From Caldisericota bacterium (GTDB lineage Bacteria; Caldisericota; Caldisericia; JAAYUI01), in NCBI GenBank assembly GCA_029548865.1, contig JAKPMO010000015.1, forward strand, positions 80,445-144,444: a stretch of DNA of 64,000 bases. The letters run 5' to 3'. The position numbers and the translations under genes were made by a program. Shown piece by piece: positions 8,984 to 18,740 of this stretch. The notes beneath the pieces are model-generated. The model had not been told where the DNA came from and made no database searches. It was given only the letters and a program-made list of their open reading frames with translations. How positions within the stretch are numbered: position 1 is the stretch's first letter; the number at the start of each line of letters is the position of its first letter.

Positions 8984-10771
8984 GTGCCAAAAGAACAATT
9001 CCAAAGGTTTGACCTAAGGGAATGTTCTCAGTTTCTCTCAGGGAGCGATGCCCTGATAAATCTTCGCTGGATTGCGGCAGGGGCCCTTTTCATAGCTTCT
9101 GCCGCAATATGGGTTTTCCTACCCAGCTTGTGGCCATTCCCGCTCTTAATAATTTCAGCTCTTATTGTATTTTTTAATATTTTTCTCATTTATCTGAGGT
9201 CTTCTTGCCCGGATGGGAACAGATTTTTCACACTTCAAGTTGCCTGCGACTGGATTTTCCTTTTTCTTGTGTGTTTCTGGACCGGCTCTATTTCAAGCCC
9301 TGCTGTGTTTTTATTCCCGATCTATTCCATTCTTGTAGGTTTTTTTCTGCCAAAAAAACTTGCATACCTAATTGCAGGTTTTGGCTCCCTTCTTATCGGG
9401 CTTCTCTCTCTATGGGTCACTTCATCTCCACTGGCCTATGTTATTGGTCAAGCATTTTTCTACATAATAGTTCTGTTTTTCTGCACAACCATTGGCATCT
9501 GGGCATCAGGACAGCTCAGGGAACAGCTTGATCTTTCAGATTTTTTGCGCAAGTCGCTTGAAAAAGAAAACAGCAGGCTTGGCCAGGTGTACAAATCAGC
9601 GCTCGCAATGAACTCTGGCCTTGATCTTCCGAATGTGCTTGCGATCATAACAAAATGCTTCAATGAAACAGGTCTTTCAAATGCCACAGTGATAAGGTTG
9701 TTGTCGGAAGATGGGCTGACCCTTAACATCGCCAGTGCTGAAGGAATCTCGTCCGAATACGCCCAAAGGGGCTCTGTGGCCCTGAAAGATGACGAGATTG
9801 ATTCCGAGGCAATCAAATGCAAATGCCCTGTTTTTGTGAGTGATGTGGCAAAGGACGAGAGATTTCTTTACAAATCAGAAGCAGAGCGTGAAAATCTCAG
9901 ATCCCTGCTGTGCATCCCTTTGTTTAGCAATGAAAAAGCCATTGGCATTATAAGGTGCTACACTTCAGATTACCACGAATTTTCTGATGAAGATGTCGAA
10001 TTTTTAAGTCTTCTTGCCGCCCAGGCAAGCCTTGCCATTTCAAATGCAGTCTCTTATGACAAGATGGTCAAACTCGACAATTCCAGGAACGCTTTTATAA
10101 GAATGGCCACCCACGAGTTGAGGGCGCCCATGGCGGCTGTCCAATCCGTTTTGCAGATAATTCTGGACGGATATGTTGGCGATGTGCCAGAAAACCAGAA
10201 GCAACTTCTTTCCAGGTCAAATAACAGGATAACCCAACTTCTGAGGCTGGTTTCAGAGCTCCTTGAGCTTGAGAAGACAACAAAGACCCAGGACAGCTTC
10301 GAGCCAATAAATCTGAAGGAGCTCCTCTCAAGGATCATCTCAGAAATCGCCCCAAAAGCTGACAGTAAAAAAGTCAGGCTTATAATGTTTACTTGTGGAG
10401 ACAATGTAATCATAAAAGGTATCGAAGAAGCAATTTTCAGGATTTTTGAAAACCTTGTGGACAATGCTGTGAAATATACCCACAGCAGTGGTCAGGTGAC
10501 AATCAGACTTCTTGAGGATGATGGCACAGCAACAATTCAGATTGTCGATAATGGCATTGGGATTCCAGCTGAGTCAATACCAAAACTCTTCTCCGAATTT
10601 TACAGGGCCCCGAATGCAAAGCAAGAACAGGTGCAAGGCACCGGTCTTGGTTTATCAATAGTCAAAAAATTTGTCATCATGCATGGTGGGAGCATATCAG
10701 TATCTTCACAGGTAGATGTCGGGACAACTTTTACTGTAACACTCCCTAAAGATCCCCAGCTGACAATTTAA
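8984..10771 (+). CDS. Membrane sensor histidine kinase with GAF domain
   Basis: About 5 N-terminal TM helices. A GAF-like block (LLCIPLFSNEKAIGIIRCY). HisKA H-box HELRAPMAAV. HATPase_c G-boxes (DNGIGIP, GTGLGLSIV). GTG start. Confidence 0.8.
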   Translation: MPKEQFQRFDLRECSQFLSGSDALINLRWIAAGALFIASAAIWVFLPSLWPFPLLIISALIVFFNIFLIYLRSSCPDGNRFFTLQVACDWIFLFLVCFWTGSISSPAVFLFPIYSILVGFFLPKKLAYLIAGFGSLLIGLLSLWVTSSPLAYVIGQAFFYIIVLFFCTTIGIWASGQLREQLDLSDFLRKSLEKENSRLGQVYKSALAMNSGLDLPNVLAIITKCFNETGLSNATVIRLLSEDGLTLNIASAEGISSEYAQRGSVALKDDEIDSEAIKCKCPVFVSDVAKDERFLYKSEAERENLRSLLCIPLFSNEKAIGIIRCYTSDYHEFSDEDVEFLSLLAAQASLAISNAVSYDKMVKLDNSRNAFIRMATHELRAPMAAVQSVLQIILDGYVGDVPENQKQLLSRSNNRITQLLRLVSELLELEKTTKTQDSFEPINLKELLSRIISEIAPKADSKKVRLIMFTCGDNVIIKGIEEAIFRIFENLVDNAVKYTHSSGQVTIRLLEDDGTATIQIVDNGIGIPAESIPKLFSEFYRAPNAKQEQVQGTGLGLSIVKKFVIMHGGSISVSSQVDVGTTFTVTLPKDPQLTI

Positions 10772-10860
10772 TAATAAAATTCCGATTCAATCAGGTGCGA
10801 ACCGCTTGACATTGTACAAATGTTATTTTAGGATAAACTTACTTGTTAACAGGAGGTAAT

Positions 10861-12225
10861 ATGCGTCACTTACCACGTGGAATGCCCCTTTATGAGGATT
10901 TGCCAACGGTTTTTCTCAACTGGGAGGAAATGGCACAAAAACTCAGAAGTGACCATTTCTCCGGATATATTAATGTTTCCAGCGATTCAAAAACAGGACT
11001 CATTCTCTTTAGGGAAGGGCGCGTCACCGGTTCCTTGTTCTCGTCTGAAGCAGGAGATATTTCAAGAGGCCAGGATGCACTGACAAAAACAACGCTTGCC
11101 ATTCAGGAAAGAAAAGGTACTCTGTCTATATACCAAACCTCTGCAGATGTCTGCACAATGGTTGAATGGTATTTTGAGGGCAATCAGCTCTACTCGCCAA
11201 TGGAATCTTACTTCATTGATTTCCCCAAATTTATGGAGACCCTTGGGGAAAAGAAGCTGAATGGCCTTGTAAGGATACAATCAGGCGATTTTTCTGAGTT
11301 TATATATGTTGATTCGGGTTCGGTGAGGGGCCATTTTGTTGATGGCCACCCGGAGCTCCAGCCAGCCTCCGAACGTCTCAATGAAACACTCTCTAAAAAA
11401 GGCACATCGGTCGAAATCTTCAAAAGCTCGAGTGGTTCTCAACAAAATCTGGAGCAGGTTTTGACTGTTGTCTCAAAAGTTGTCGAACCAAAACCAGCTC
11501 CCAGGATAGAAACACCGCCACCACCAAAGCAGGCTACACCCGTCATAGAGACAAAGAAGCCGGAGGCTCCAAAACCAGAACCTGTTGTTTCTGCAGCTCC
11601 AAAGGTGGAGGAAGCCCCGCCAAAAGTCGAGTACAAGCCACCCCAAGCTCCAGCAGCAACTCCCACACCTACCCCTGTGGAACCGCCAGTAAAAAAAGTT
11701 GAGCCATCACCAACACCATCAGGAAGGCCAAGGCTTGATTTCTCCAATGAGGATATAGACCCATTCAGGCCACACGGAGAATTCGACGACGAGGTAAAAA
11801 AACCACCCCAGCACGAAGAACCACCAAAGACACCGTCTTTTGCTGCCACCCAGCCGCCACAGCAACAGCCACAAAATATCATGGACCCACCAACCACCCG
11901 CATTCCAGTCAAACCACCAGCCCCGTCCCCATCTTCACCGCAGGCAACTGTTGTAACAGGTCCTTCAGGCAAAGTGGCTTTTTTGCTTGACGGCATAAAA
12001 AAGGTTGCCCAAAGCAATGTTGGAGAGGACATCATTCCATGGCTTGATGGCCAGATATCCAGGATGCAGCAGATTCAGCCTAATCTTGGAAAAAGAGACC
12101 TCCTGTTGCTGGTTGACGAGATTGAAAGATATGTAAGGACTGTAAGGCAGAACCCGGCAAAGGCGACAAAACTCGCCTCCCAGCTCCGTCATATTATTGA
12201 TAGTTTTGCGGCAAATCTTGGGTAG
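10861..12225 (+). CDS. Hypothetical protein with a globular N-terminal domain (DUF4388-like?) and a long Pro/Ala/Lys-rich linker
   Basis: AGGAGG RBS at 10851-10856 precedes the ATG at 10861. The middle of the protein is low-complexity PEAPKPEPVVSAAPKVEEAPPKV...PTPTPVEPP. Confidence 0.55.
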   Translation: MRHLPRGMPLYEDLPTVFLNWEEMAQKLRSDHFSGYINVSSDSKTGLILFREGRVTGSLFSSEAGDISRGQDALTKTTLAIQERKGTLSIYQTSADVCTMVEWYFEGNQLYSPMESYFIDFPKFMETLGEKKLNGLVRIQSGDFSEFIYVDSGSVRGHFVDGHPELQPASERLNETLSKKGTSVEIFKSSSGSQQNLEQVLTVVSKVVEPKPAPRIETPPPPKQATPVIETKKPEAPKPEPVVSAAPKVEEAPPKVEYKPPQAPAATPTPTPVEPPVKKVEPSPTPSGRPRLDFSNEDIDPFRPHGEFDDEVKKPPQHEEPPKTPSFAATQPPQQQPQNIMDPPTTRIPVKPPAPSPSSPQATVVTGPSGKVAFLLDGIKKVAQSNVGEDIIPWLDGQISRMQQIQPNLGKRDLLLLVDEIERYVRTVRQNPAKATKLASQLRHIIDSFAANLG

Positions 12226-12243
12226 TTCCGAAACAAACAAAAA

Positions 12244-12270
12244 GGCCCGGCCTGGACCGGGCCTTTTTTT
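12244..12270. terminator. Bidirectional rho-independent terminator between convergent genes
   Basis: GGCCCGG-cctgga-CCGGGCC stem followed by T7, flanked by an A-run on the other side. Confidence 0.6.
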
Positions 12271-14830
12271 ATTTCTCAGGTTCTTCCTGAGTGCTCTCTT
12301 TGGGTATCATTGACTCATCAATGCCAATTCCAAGGTTCTCAACTATTTGCTCAATCCTATCAACAGCAATCACTACCGGGAGGTTCTTGCCTACCTCTTC
12401 CTGAGAGGCCTCGACAGATTCCATTTCATGGGTTGTATCCTTGAGCAACATGTCAAGATAATCCCATTTGTTTTCTTTCGGAATAAATATTTTGTCGATG
12501 CCTTTCCCATATGTTGCCTCGACTTTTTCCTTTATTCCGCCGACTGGCATCACTTTTCCATGCATTGATATCTCGCCAGTCATGGTGACATTTTTGGGTA
12601 TCGTTTTGCCTGTGAATGCGGAGATCATTGAGCAGGCAAGAGCGACTCCAGCCGAAGGGCCATCATACTTCGGGAGCCAGCCAGGAACATCAACGTGTAT
12701 GTCCATATCAGGATTTTGAACAAGACCATGGCTCTCAAGGTGCCTCTTGAAGAAGGCATAGGCCACTTCAATGCTGTTTTGGAAAGATTCGCCAAGGTTG
12801 CCGGTCACAAGTAATCCGCCACCACCTGGGATGTAGGAGACTTCAAGCGTTCCAAGAGACCCTCTTGAGAAAAGCCTCTCCGGCGGTTTTGCAGGATCAG
12901 GGCTTCTCACTATCTGGGGAGCATACACTGCAAGCACCCTGCATTCTCCAGGGTTTTCAGATTCTAGAGCCACAAAATCTTTTTTTCTGAGTCTCCCCTG
13001 TATTGACGAGACAAGCGCCTGCGACTCGTTCTTTCTGTTTGCCTCTTCATAAAGTTCAGCCAAATATTCCAGCGCTTCAGGTACTTTCTCCCCCATCACC
13101 CTGAGGTATTCGGCATACTTTATTGCAGAAGTCAGGAAGTCTTCCGAGGAGAAAAGAAGGTTTTTGTAGAGCTGGTGGTATGACCTGGATATCCAGAAAT
13201 CGCAAAGTATTGAAACAGTCTGGAATTTCTGGGCCGTGTCATTGAACTGTCTGATCGCATCAAGATACTGGTGGTTTATATAGAAGACGTGGCCAAGATA
13301 ATAAGAGGCTTCCATGTTCCTTGGGTTAATAGATATGGCCTGCATGAAATACCTCATGGCTTGCTCGAGGGCATAATCAGAACCAATTATCTTTGCTTCT
13401 TTGAGGTAAATCTTTGCAAGCATTGTAACGACCCTGGGGTCAGATGGCAAAATAGTCCTTGCCTTCTCCAGCATTTCCTCTGCTTCTTCTATCCACCCAT
13501 ATTTTATCGCTATCTCTGAAGCCCTCATCATCGCATCTACAGCAATGCTTGGGTCTACAACCACCATGTTCACAATTTTTCTGTATCTCTCGTAGGCTTC
13601 GATGTCGTTTTGCTCATCATCATTTATCTTTGCGATCTGGAACTGGGCATAAACATGATCCGGCCTTATTTCTAAGGCCTTCATGTAATACTGGTACGCC
13701 CTCTCGTCTTTGAATCCCTGCAATAGCACGCCCATCTGGTAATACGCATCCGGGTTTCCGGGCGCCTGCGCTATGAGCCTCTGCATGCAACTTATTGAAT
13801 TTTCCTTCAAGAATTTCTTTAGCTCGTCAAGTTTGTCTTTGTTGTCCGAAAGCGAAATTCCAACCCTGCTTTCAATTGACGATATGAGGTCATTATTTAT
13901 CTGCGCAAGTGAAGCGCTGAAGTCAGGGCCGTCACCTTGTGGATCAAGCCACATTCTCATGACGTTTCTCGCAAGACCAATATTGTCAAAATAGCAACAG
14001 AGAGCATGTATTGTATTTATTACCGGTTTCTCTGTCTCTGACAGCAAAGCGATGAGTTTTTCGAAAACCTCCTTGTTGTGGAGAGGGATCGTATATTCGA
14101 GGTGAAGGCGCATTATTTCAACAAAAATGAAGGGTTCAGTGATATTGGCCTTTATTGACGCATCAACAATCTTGCTCATGGATTCTGCTGATGGCGCAAA
14201 TTTAGCCGACCCAAGGAAAAATACCCTGTAGGCTAGCATGTTGGAGGGGTCTTTTTTGAGGGATTGGGTTATGAGCTTTTGTGCTTCCTCCCAATTTTCT
14301 TTTTGGTCGCCCTTTGTTGCCATAGTCAGGGCTGCTATGGCTATTTCAGCATTTGGCTGGTCTTTTAAAACCTTCAAATCTTCTATTACTTTCAGGAGTT
14401 TTTCCTGGTTGTCAGTGGTTGCATAAAGATCGCCTGCCATCCAGAGTGTTTCGACTGTCCGGCCCTTGTCTTTCTCATAGCTTTCAATCTCTTCACTGGC
14501 TTTGTCAGGCTGGTCTTTTTCTTTAAAAATAAGCAGTTTGCGTCTCAGGTCTTGCAGGTCTTCCGGTTTGATGTCCAAAAGTATTTTTTCAAATTGTGCA
14601 GCTTTTTCCTTGTCTCCCATCTCTTTGTAGGAACGATATGATATTTCTGCAATTTTAAACGAGCCAGGAAACTTTTGCTGTATCTGGGCAAGGAAATTCA
14701 AAAGGGCCCCCCTGCCTTCGGGAAGCCCTTTAAGGAACTCGGCCAGGTCAATCGCCCGGCTGACATCCTGCTGATTTTCTTCAAAACGGCTCTCTAGTCT
14801 GCCAAGCAATCTCCACTGTTCTGCGTTCAT
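12269..14830 (-). CDS. TPR-repeat protein fused to a C-terminal Lon-protease (S16) proteolytic domain, with no AAA+ module
   Basis: The C-terminal 200 aa carry the Lon_C Ser-Lys dyad context (KYDGPSAGVALACSMISAFTG...PVGGIKEKV). The N-terminal 600 aa are TPR-like helical repeats. No Walker A/B motifs are present. Confidence 0.7.
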   Translation of the reverse strand: MNAEQWRLLGRLESRFEENQQDVSRAIDLAEFLKGLPEGRGALLNFLAQIQQKFPGSFKIAEISYRSYKEMGDKEKAAQFEKILLDIKPEDLQDLRRKLLIFKEKDQPDKASEEIESYEKDKGRTVETLWMAGDLYATTDNQEKLLKVIEDLKVLKDQPNAEIAIAALTMATKGDQKENWEEAQKLITQSLKKDPSNMLAYRVFFLGSAKFAPSAESMSKIVDASIKANITEPFIFVEIMRLHLEYTIPLHNKEVFEKLIALLSETEKPVINTIHALCCYFDNIGLARNVMRMWLDPQGDGPDFSASLAQINNDLISSIESRVGISLSDNKDKLDELKKFLKENSISCMQRLIAQAPGNPDAYYQMGVLLQGFKDERAYQYYMKALEIRPDHVYAQFQIAKINDDEQNDIEAYERYRKIVNMVVVDPSIAVDAMMRASEIAIKYGWIEEAEEMLEKARTILPSDPRVVTMLAKIYLKEAKIIGSDYALEQAMRYFMQAISINPRNMEASYYLGHVFYINHQYLDAIRQFNDTAQKFQTVSILCDFWISRSYHQLYKNLLFSSEDFLTSAIKYAEYLRVMGEKVPEALEYLAELYEEANRKNESQALVSSIQGRLRKKDFVALESENPGECRVLAVYAPQIVRSPDPAKPPERLFSRGSLGTLEVSYIPGGGGLLVTGNLGESFQNSIEVAYAFFKRHLESHGLVQNPDMDIHVDVPGWLPKYDGPSAGVALACSMISAFTGKTIPKNVTMTGEISMHGKVMPVGGIKEKVEATYGKGIDKIFIPKENKWDYLDMLLKDTTHEMESVEASQEEVGKNLPVVIAVDRIEQIVENLGIGIDESMIPKESTQEEPEK

Positions 14831-15603
14831 TGTGTTATTTTCACCTTTATTATTTTGGCCTGTTCAATATTTTTTGGCCTTGATTTCTCAGTTGGATCAA
14901 TATTGTATTTGTTCTTTTCACCCTGCTCCACTGTCTCGAGCTTTGCCAACTCCTCCACGACATTTGCACCATCAATAATTTTACCAAAAACTGTGTCTTT
15001 GCCATCCAGAGATTTCTGGTCAGAAAGGAGCATATAGAACTGGGTTTTTGACAAACCAGATTTTGTCACATTGCCCTTGCTGTCTTTCTCTTCCATGGCA
15101 GGAGCGCACACGGAATACTTTGCATGAGTAACTTCATTGCTTACATATTCTATTACATCATAGGCGCCAACACCCTGTGGTCTCTTGTCAGTTTCAGGGT
15201 ATCCGCCCTGTATCTTCATGCCCGGCAGGATTTCGTGGAAATAGGAATTATCATAAAGCCCTGCTTCGGCATTCTTTACAAAATTGTTCACAACAGAAAG
15301 CGCATTGTCATAGTCCAGCTGTATTGTAAAGGACCCTTTTGTGGTTTCTACAACAGCCTTTGTCTTTTTCTCTTCTTCTTTTGTGGTGTTGCCATTTGAA
15401 GAGCATGAAGAAATGAGTATTGCAACCAAAACAACGACGGCCACTGCCGCAAGAGAAATGCCACCAATTGTAAAAATTTTCTTTCTGAGCAACTTGTCTT
15501 TTTGGGCTCTTGCCTGTTTTTCCTGCTTTACGATCTTCTCCAGTTCAGCTTTCGATTTGACTTTTTTCGATTTTTCAAGGATTTCTCTGCTTTTCTTGTC
15601 CAT
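14827..15603 (-). CDS. Cyclophilin-type peptidyl-prolyl cis-trans isomerase, membrane-anchored
   Basis: FHEILPGMKIQGGYP and FGKIIDG cyclophilin motifs. N-terminal Lys-rich segment plus a TM helix. Confidence 0.75.
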   Translation of the reverse strand: MDKKSREILEKSKKVKSKAELEKIVKQEKQARAQKDKLLRKKIFTIGGISLAAVAVVVLVAILISSCSSNGNTTKEEEKKTKAVVETTKGSFTIQLDYDNALSVVNNFVKNAEAGLYDNSYFHEILPGMKIQGGYPETDKRPQGVGAYDVIEYVSNEVTHAKYSVCAPAMEEKDSKGNVTKSGLSKTQFYMLLSDQKSLDGKDTVFGKIIDGANVVEELAKLETVEQGEKNKYNIDPTEKSRPKNIEQAKIIKVKITQ

Positions 15604-16429
15604 CTGGCTCCTCCAGTATTGTAGTAACTACTCTGTAAAAATACTCACCAAGTCCCATTTTTGCAAGGAACTTGAAAATCCCCGGATATGGCACCCCTTC
15701 ATACAGGAGTACCCTTAACCCTGAGGCAGAAATTATCTTTTTCGCTTTCTTAAAAGACATGTGGTTCACATATTCAATCTTTTTTGAGTCCAGCGAACCG
15801 GCCCTGAAAATATACCTTTCATCATCTACCAATGTCCTGTATGCACCAAGGAGTGTCTTTTCGCTAAAGAACAGGTGTGCGAAGGGGAACCTTATTGCAT
15901 CGGTAAGGTGGTGGCCACCGGGTCTGCCCCAGGTTGTGAATGACATTACAACTTTTCCACCGGGTCTGAGCACCCTTCTGGCTTCTTTTAACATCAATAC
16001 CGGATCTTTCACATGTTCGAAAGCATCAAACGCAAAAACCAGGTCAAAAGATTTGTCCGGGAAAGGCAATGACATTGCGTCCCCTGCCACAAACTTGCAA
16101 TTTTTGGCTCTCCTTATTGCTGCAAAGTCATCTGCCATTGCTACAAATTCCTGGCCAATATCAACACCGGTTACGGATTTTGCGCCAAGATCGAGGAGAT
16201 AGACAGCTTTCCCTCCGGCGCCACAACAATCATCAAGGATGTCTTTGTCCTTAACAAGCTCCTCGACTGCAAAATCTGATGGAAAATATCCGATTGTCTT
16301 CTTTGCCAGATCGTACTCCCAGGCCGCGTATGAACCCTTGTTTTCTTTTTCGAGGTCCAAGGGGTGTTTCTGTCCTTTTGGAAACAGCTTGTTGATGCCA
16401 AGTAGAAGCTTTACGGGGAGGCTTGCCAT
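15575..16429 (-). CDS. Class I SAM-dependent methyltransferase (type 11)
   Basis: LDLGAK...VTGVDIG motif I, and FDLVFAFDAFEHV...LRPGGKVV post-I/II motifs. Confidence 0.7.
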   Translation of the reverse strand: MASLPVKLLLGINKLFPKGQKHPLDLEKENKGSYAAWEYDLAKKTIGYFPSDFAVEELVKDKDILDDCCGAGGKAVYLLDLGAKSVTGVDIGQEFVAMADDFAAIRRAKNCKFVAGDAMSLPFPDKSFDLVFAFDAFEHVKDPVLMLKEARRVLRPGGKVVMSFTTWGRPGGHHLTDAIRFPFAHLFFSEKTLLGAYRTLVDDERYIFRAGSLDSKKIEYVNHMSFKKAKKIISASGLRVLLYEGVPYPGIFKFLAKMGLGEYFYRVVTTILEEPDGQEKQRNP

Positions 16430-16443
16430 TCTCTGGATTCTAA

Positions 16444-17166
16444 CTACAGTCCGATTACATGTAAAGTAGAATGAAGGTTTTTTTCAAACTTTCTTTCCAG
16501 TGCTCTTGCAAGAAGTGTGCACACACCCTTGACCAGTTTTTCGTCCATCTCCCAGTTTTTCCAGTCTGCATATTGCATTCTTCTCAATGCTCCTATCGCA
16601 AACCCGGGAACGCTTGGCATGCCAGGTTTTGCGCACTCACCACATAGAAAGGATGTTGACCCATAGTCAAAAAAAGCCCCTCCATCTATACTCTCGGAGC
16701 AAAGCGAGCAATACTGTGTGTCAATCGGGTATCCCAAAAGCGCAAAAAAACCTGATAGAAAAAGGCCCATTGAATAAAGCGGATTCTTTGATGTGTCTAG
16801 GCACTCAAAGCTGTTCAGAAGCAATTCATATATGCCACTTTCTTCTATATTCTGGGGCACAAAAAAGCAAACGGCCTCTGAAATAAACTCGCTTACAGCA
16901 GATTTTTCAAATGATGTACCAAAACTTGAATAGTATTTTTGGAGCGACAGCGATGTTATCGTGAATCTCTGCGATCTTTCGTAAAGCTCGCAGTCAACAA
17001 TGGAAACGGGCTCTGTTACACAGGCCCACCTTGTTTTTGTGTCCTTTGCCTTACGTATTTTTGCCTCAATAACGGTGTCAGAATCAGTTACAAGCACAAG
17101 CTGCTTGTCTGCATCGCCAAAGGTCTTCTTGGCAAGTATTATCGCCTCGGACTTGATATACGGCAC
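16444..17166 (-). CDS. recO: DNA repair protein RecO
   Basis: N-terminal OB-fold start (MPYIKSEAIILAKKTFGDAD) and C-terminal Zn-finger CSLCSE...CGEC, at typical RecO length. Confidence 0.7.
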   Translation of the reverse strand: MPYIKSEAIILAKKTFGDADKQLVLVTDSDTVIEAKIRKAKDTKTRWACVTEPVSIVDCELYERSQRFTITSLSLQKYYSSFGTSFEKSAVSEFISEAVCFFVPQNIEESGIYELLLNSFECLDTSKNPLYSMGLFLSGFFALLGYPIDTQYCSLCSESIDGGAFFDYGSTSFLCGECAKPGMPSVPGFAIGALRRMQYADWKNWEMDEKLVKGVCTLLARALERKFEKNLHSTLHVIGL

Positions 17167-17233
17167 GTTTCGATGATAAACCCTGTTTAAAAAATGGACA
17201 AGAGATGTATAATGGTTTTTAAGGAGGCCTCAA

Positions 17234-17527
17234 ATGGACAAGTTTTCAAAAAAACTCACCGATGACGAGATAAGGCTGAAATTTATCAGGATCCCAAAGG
17301 GCAAAGAAAAACTCTTTAAAAAAGACGACTTTAAAACCAGTTTCAATGAGGGTGAATTTATTGCCTATATTTACCCGGTAGAATCCAAAAGCATGGGCCC
17401 AAACATGAAAACCTACGAATACCAGCTCAAATTCAGGGACCCGCAACCGCCGATTTTTATATTCAACGAAACGCTGGAGTTCACAACCTTTGATTCAGGG
17501 GAAACGTGGCTCATAAGCTTTGCGTGA
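17234..17527 (+). CDS. Hypothetical small protein
   Basis: 97-aa ORF in an otherwise empty gap. No recognisable motif. Confidence 0.35.
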   Translation: MDKFSKKLTDDEIRLKFIRIPKGKEKLFKKDDFKTSFNEGEFIAYIYPVESKSMGPNMKTYEYQLKFRDPQPPIFIFNETLEFTTFDSGETWLISFA

Positions 17528-17587
17528 CAATTGTTGACGATTTGTTTCCAAATTGTTTATATCTACTGTGAGTATGTGGAGAACTAT

Positions 17588-18658
17588 TTATTTTCTAAGT
17601 CCATAAATGGTTCTTGGGCTCCAAGTTATTACATGTCCTTGTGAAAAACTCACCCCGAGCAAGCTGTCACCTTGCACTTCTTCGAATGTTCCCTTTACTT
17701 TACCGGTGCAATCAACACAAAACAGCATTTTCCCTTTTGTTAGATAAAGGGAGCTGCCCTCGGTTGTGAAAGTTTCCGGCTCCTCCGGCAAGTCAAACGA
17801 TGTCTCTTCCTTGCCAGTGGCAGAATCAAAAAGGGTCGCCTTTTTACCCTCTAAAACCACCACCTTGCCCTGGCAGACAAGCGGGTGGAACTTTAGGGGT
17901 GCCTTGCTTGTGGATAGTTTCCCTGAAGTCCACACAAGCTCGCCAGAATTGTGTCTTATGGCGGAAACAAAGGGTCCTGGCATTGCAAGATAGAGGTTCT
18001 TGTCATCGATTGTAAATCTTCCATCAGGAAGCACCCATCTCTCGTTTTTCCAGACGAGCTTGCCTGTGCTCTTGTTGTAGGCTTCAATCCTTGAGCCAAG
18101 CGTCCTGACAAGAACCTTGTCATACATGTTGACTGTTTCACCAAAACCCTCGTACCTGCTCTTTTGCTTCCAGTTGCCTATGCCCGAACCAGCATTGATG
18201 CAATACAAAAAACCTGAGGCAGTTCCGGCATAAATCTGGTTGTAATCGTATGATGGCTCAAAAAAACTCGCCGGGCCAAGATTGGTTTGTTCAGTTTGGA
18301 ACTTCCACACCTCATATCCTGAAACCAGCTCAAACGCCTTGAGGGAGTCAGAACAATAAACGATTAGTCTGGATCCTGCGAATACTGGAGGGAAATTGGT
18401 CTCATTCGTTGGTTTTTCGTCTTGCTCAATATGCCAGACCGGTACACCATCGGCCTCATTCAGAAGGGCCACTTCGACACCATTGAGACCGCAGCAAGCA
18501 ACATATTTTCCATTTCCCCTCACGGTCGTGGAGAGAGGTTCTGCAAGGTCGCTCCAAGCCCAGGAGAGCGAGAGGAATGGCAAATTGTCACCATTTTCCC
18601 CACCCGAACATGACGCAAAAAGGCATACGATGGCCATTAATGCAAGGATTTTTTTCAT
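17588..18658 (-). CDS. PQQ-like beta-propeller lipoprotein
   Basis: Signal peptide plus LFASCSGG lipobox. Repeated hydrophobic-W-hydrophobic propeller blades. Confidence 0.6.
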   Translation of the reverse strand: MKKILALMAIVCLFASCSGGENGDNLPFLSLSWAWSDLAEPLSTTVRGNGKYVACCGLNGVEVALLNEADGVPVWHIEQDEKPTNETNFPPVFAGSRLIVYCSDSLKAFELVSGYEVWKFQTEQTNLGPASFFEPSYDYNQIYAGTASGFLYCINAGSGIGNWKQKSRYEGFGETVNMYDKVLVRTLGSRIEAYNKSTGKLVWKNERWVLPDGRFTIDDKNLYLAMPGPFVSAIRHNSGELVWTSGKLSTSKAPLKFHPLVCQGKVVVLEGKKATLFDSATGKEETSFDLPEEPETFTTEGSSLYLTKGKMLFCVDCTGKVKGTFEEVQGDSLLGVSFSQGHVITWSPRTIYGLRK

Positions 18659-18740
18659 TTATACGCAATATTATTTTACTTAACGTCTTATGTAAACCCT
18701 AATTGTATTTAGCCTGCCCAACCAATATGATGAACTGGAT

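Noticed and set aside
11480-11960. Repetitive nucleotide stretch that could be mistaken for a CRISPR or tandem-repeat array
   Set aside because: It is protein-coding low-complexity sequence (PxxP/AP repeats) with no regular repeat-spacer periodicity.
11439-12035. 198-aa Gly/Cys-rich minus-strand ORF
   Set aside because: It is the reverse complement of the Pro/Ala-rich linker region of the 10861..12225 gene (a GC-rich repeat mirror), not an independent gene.
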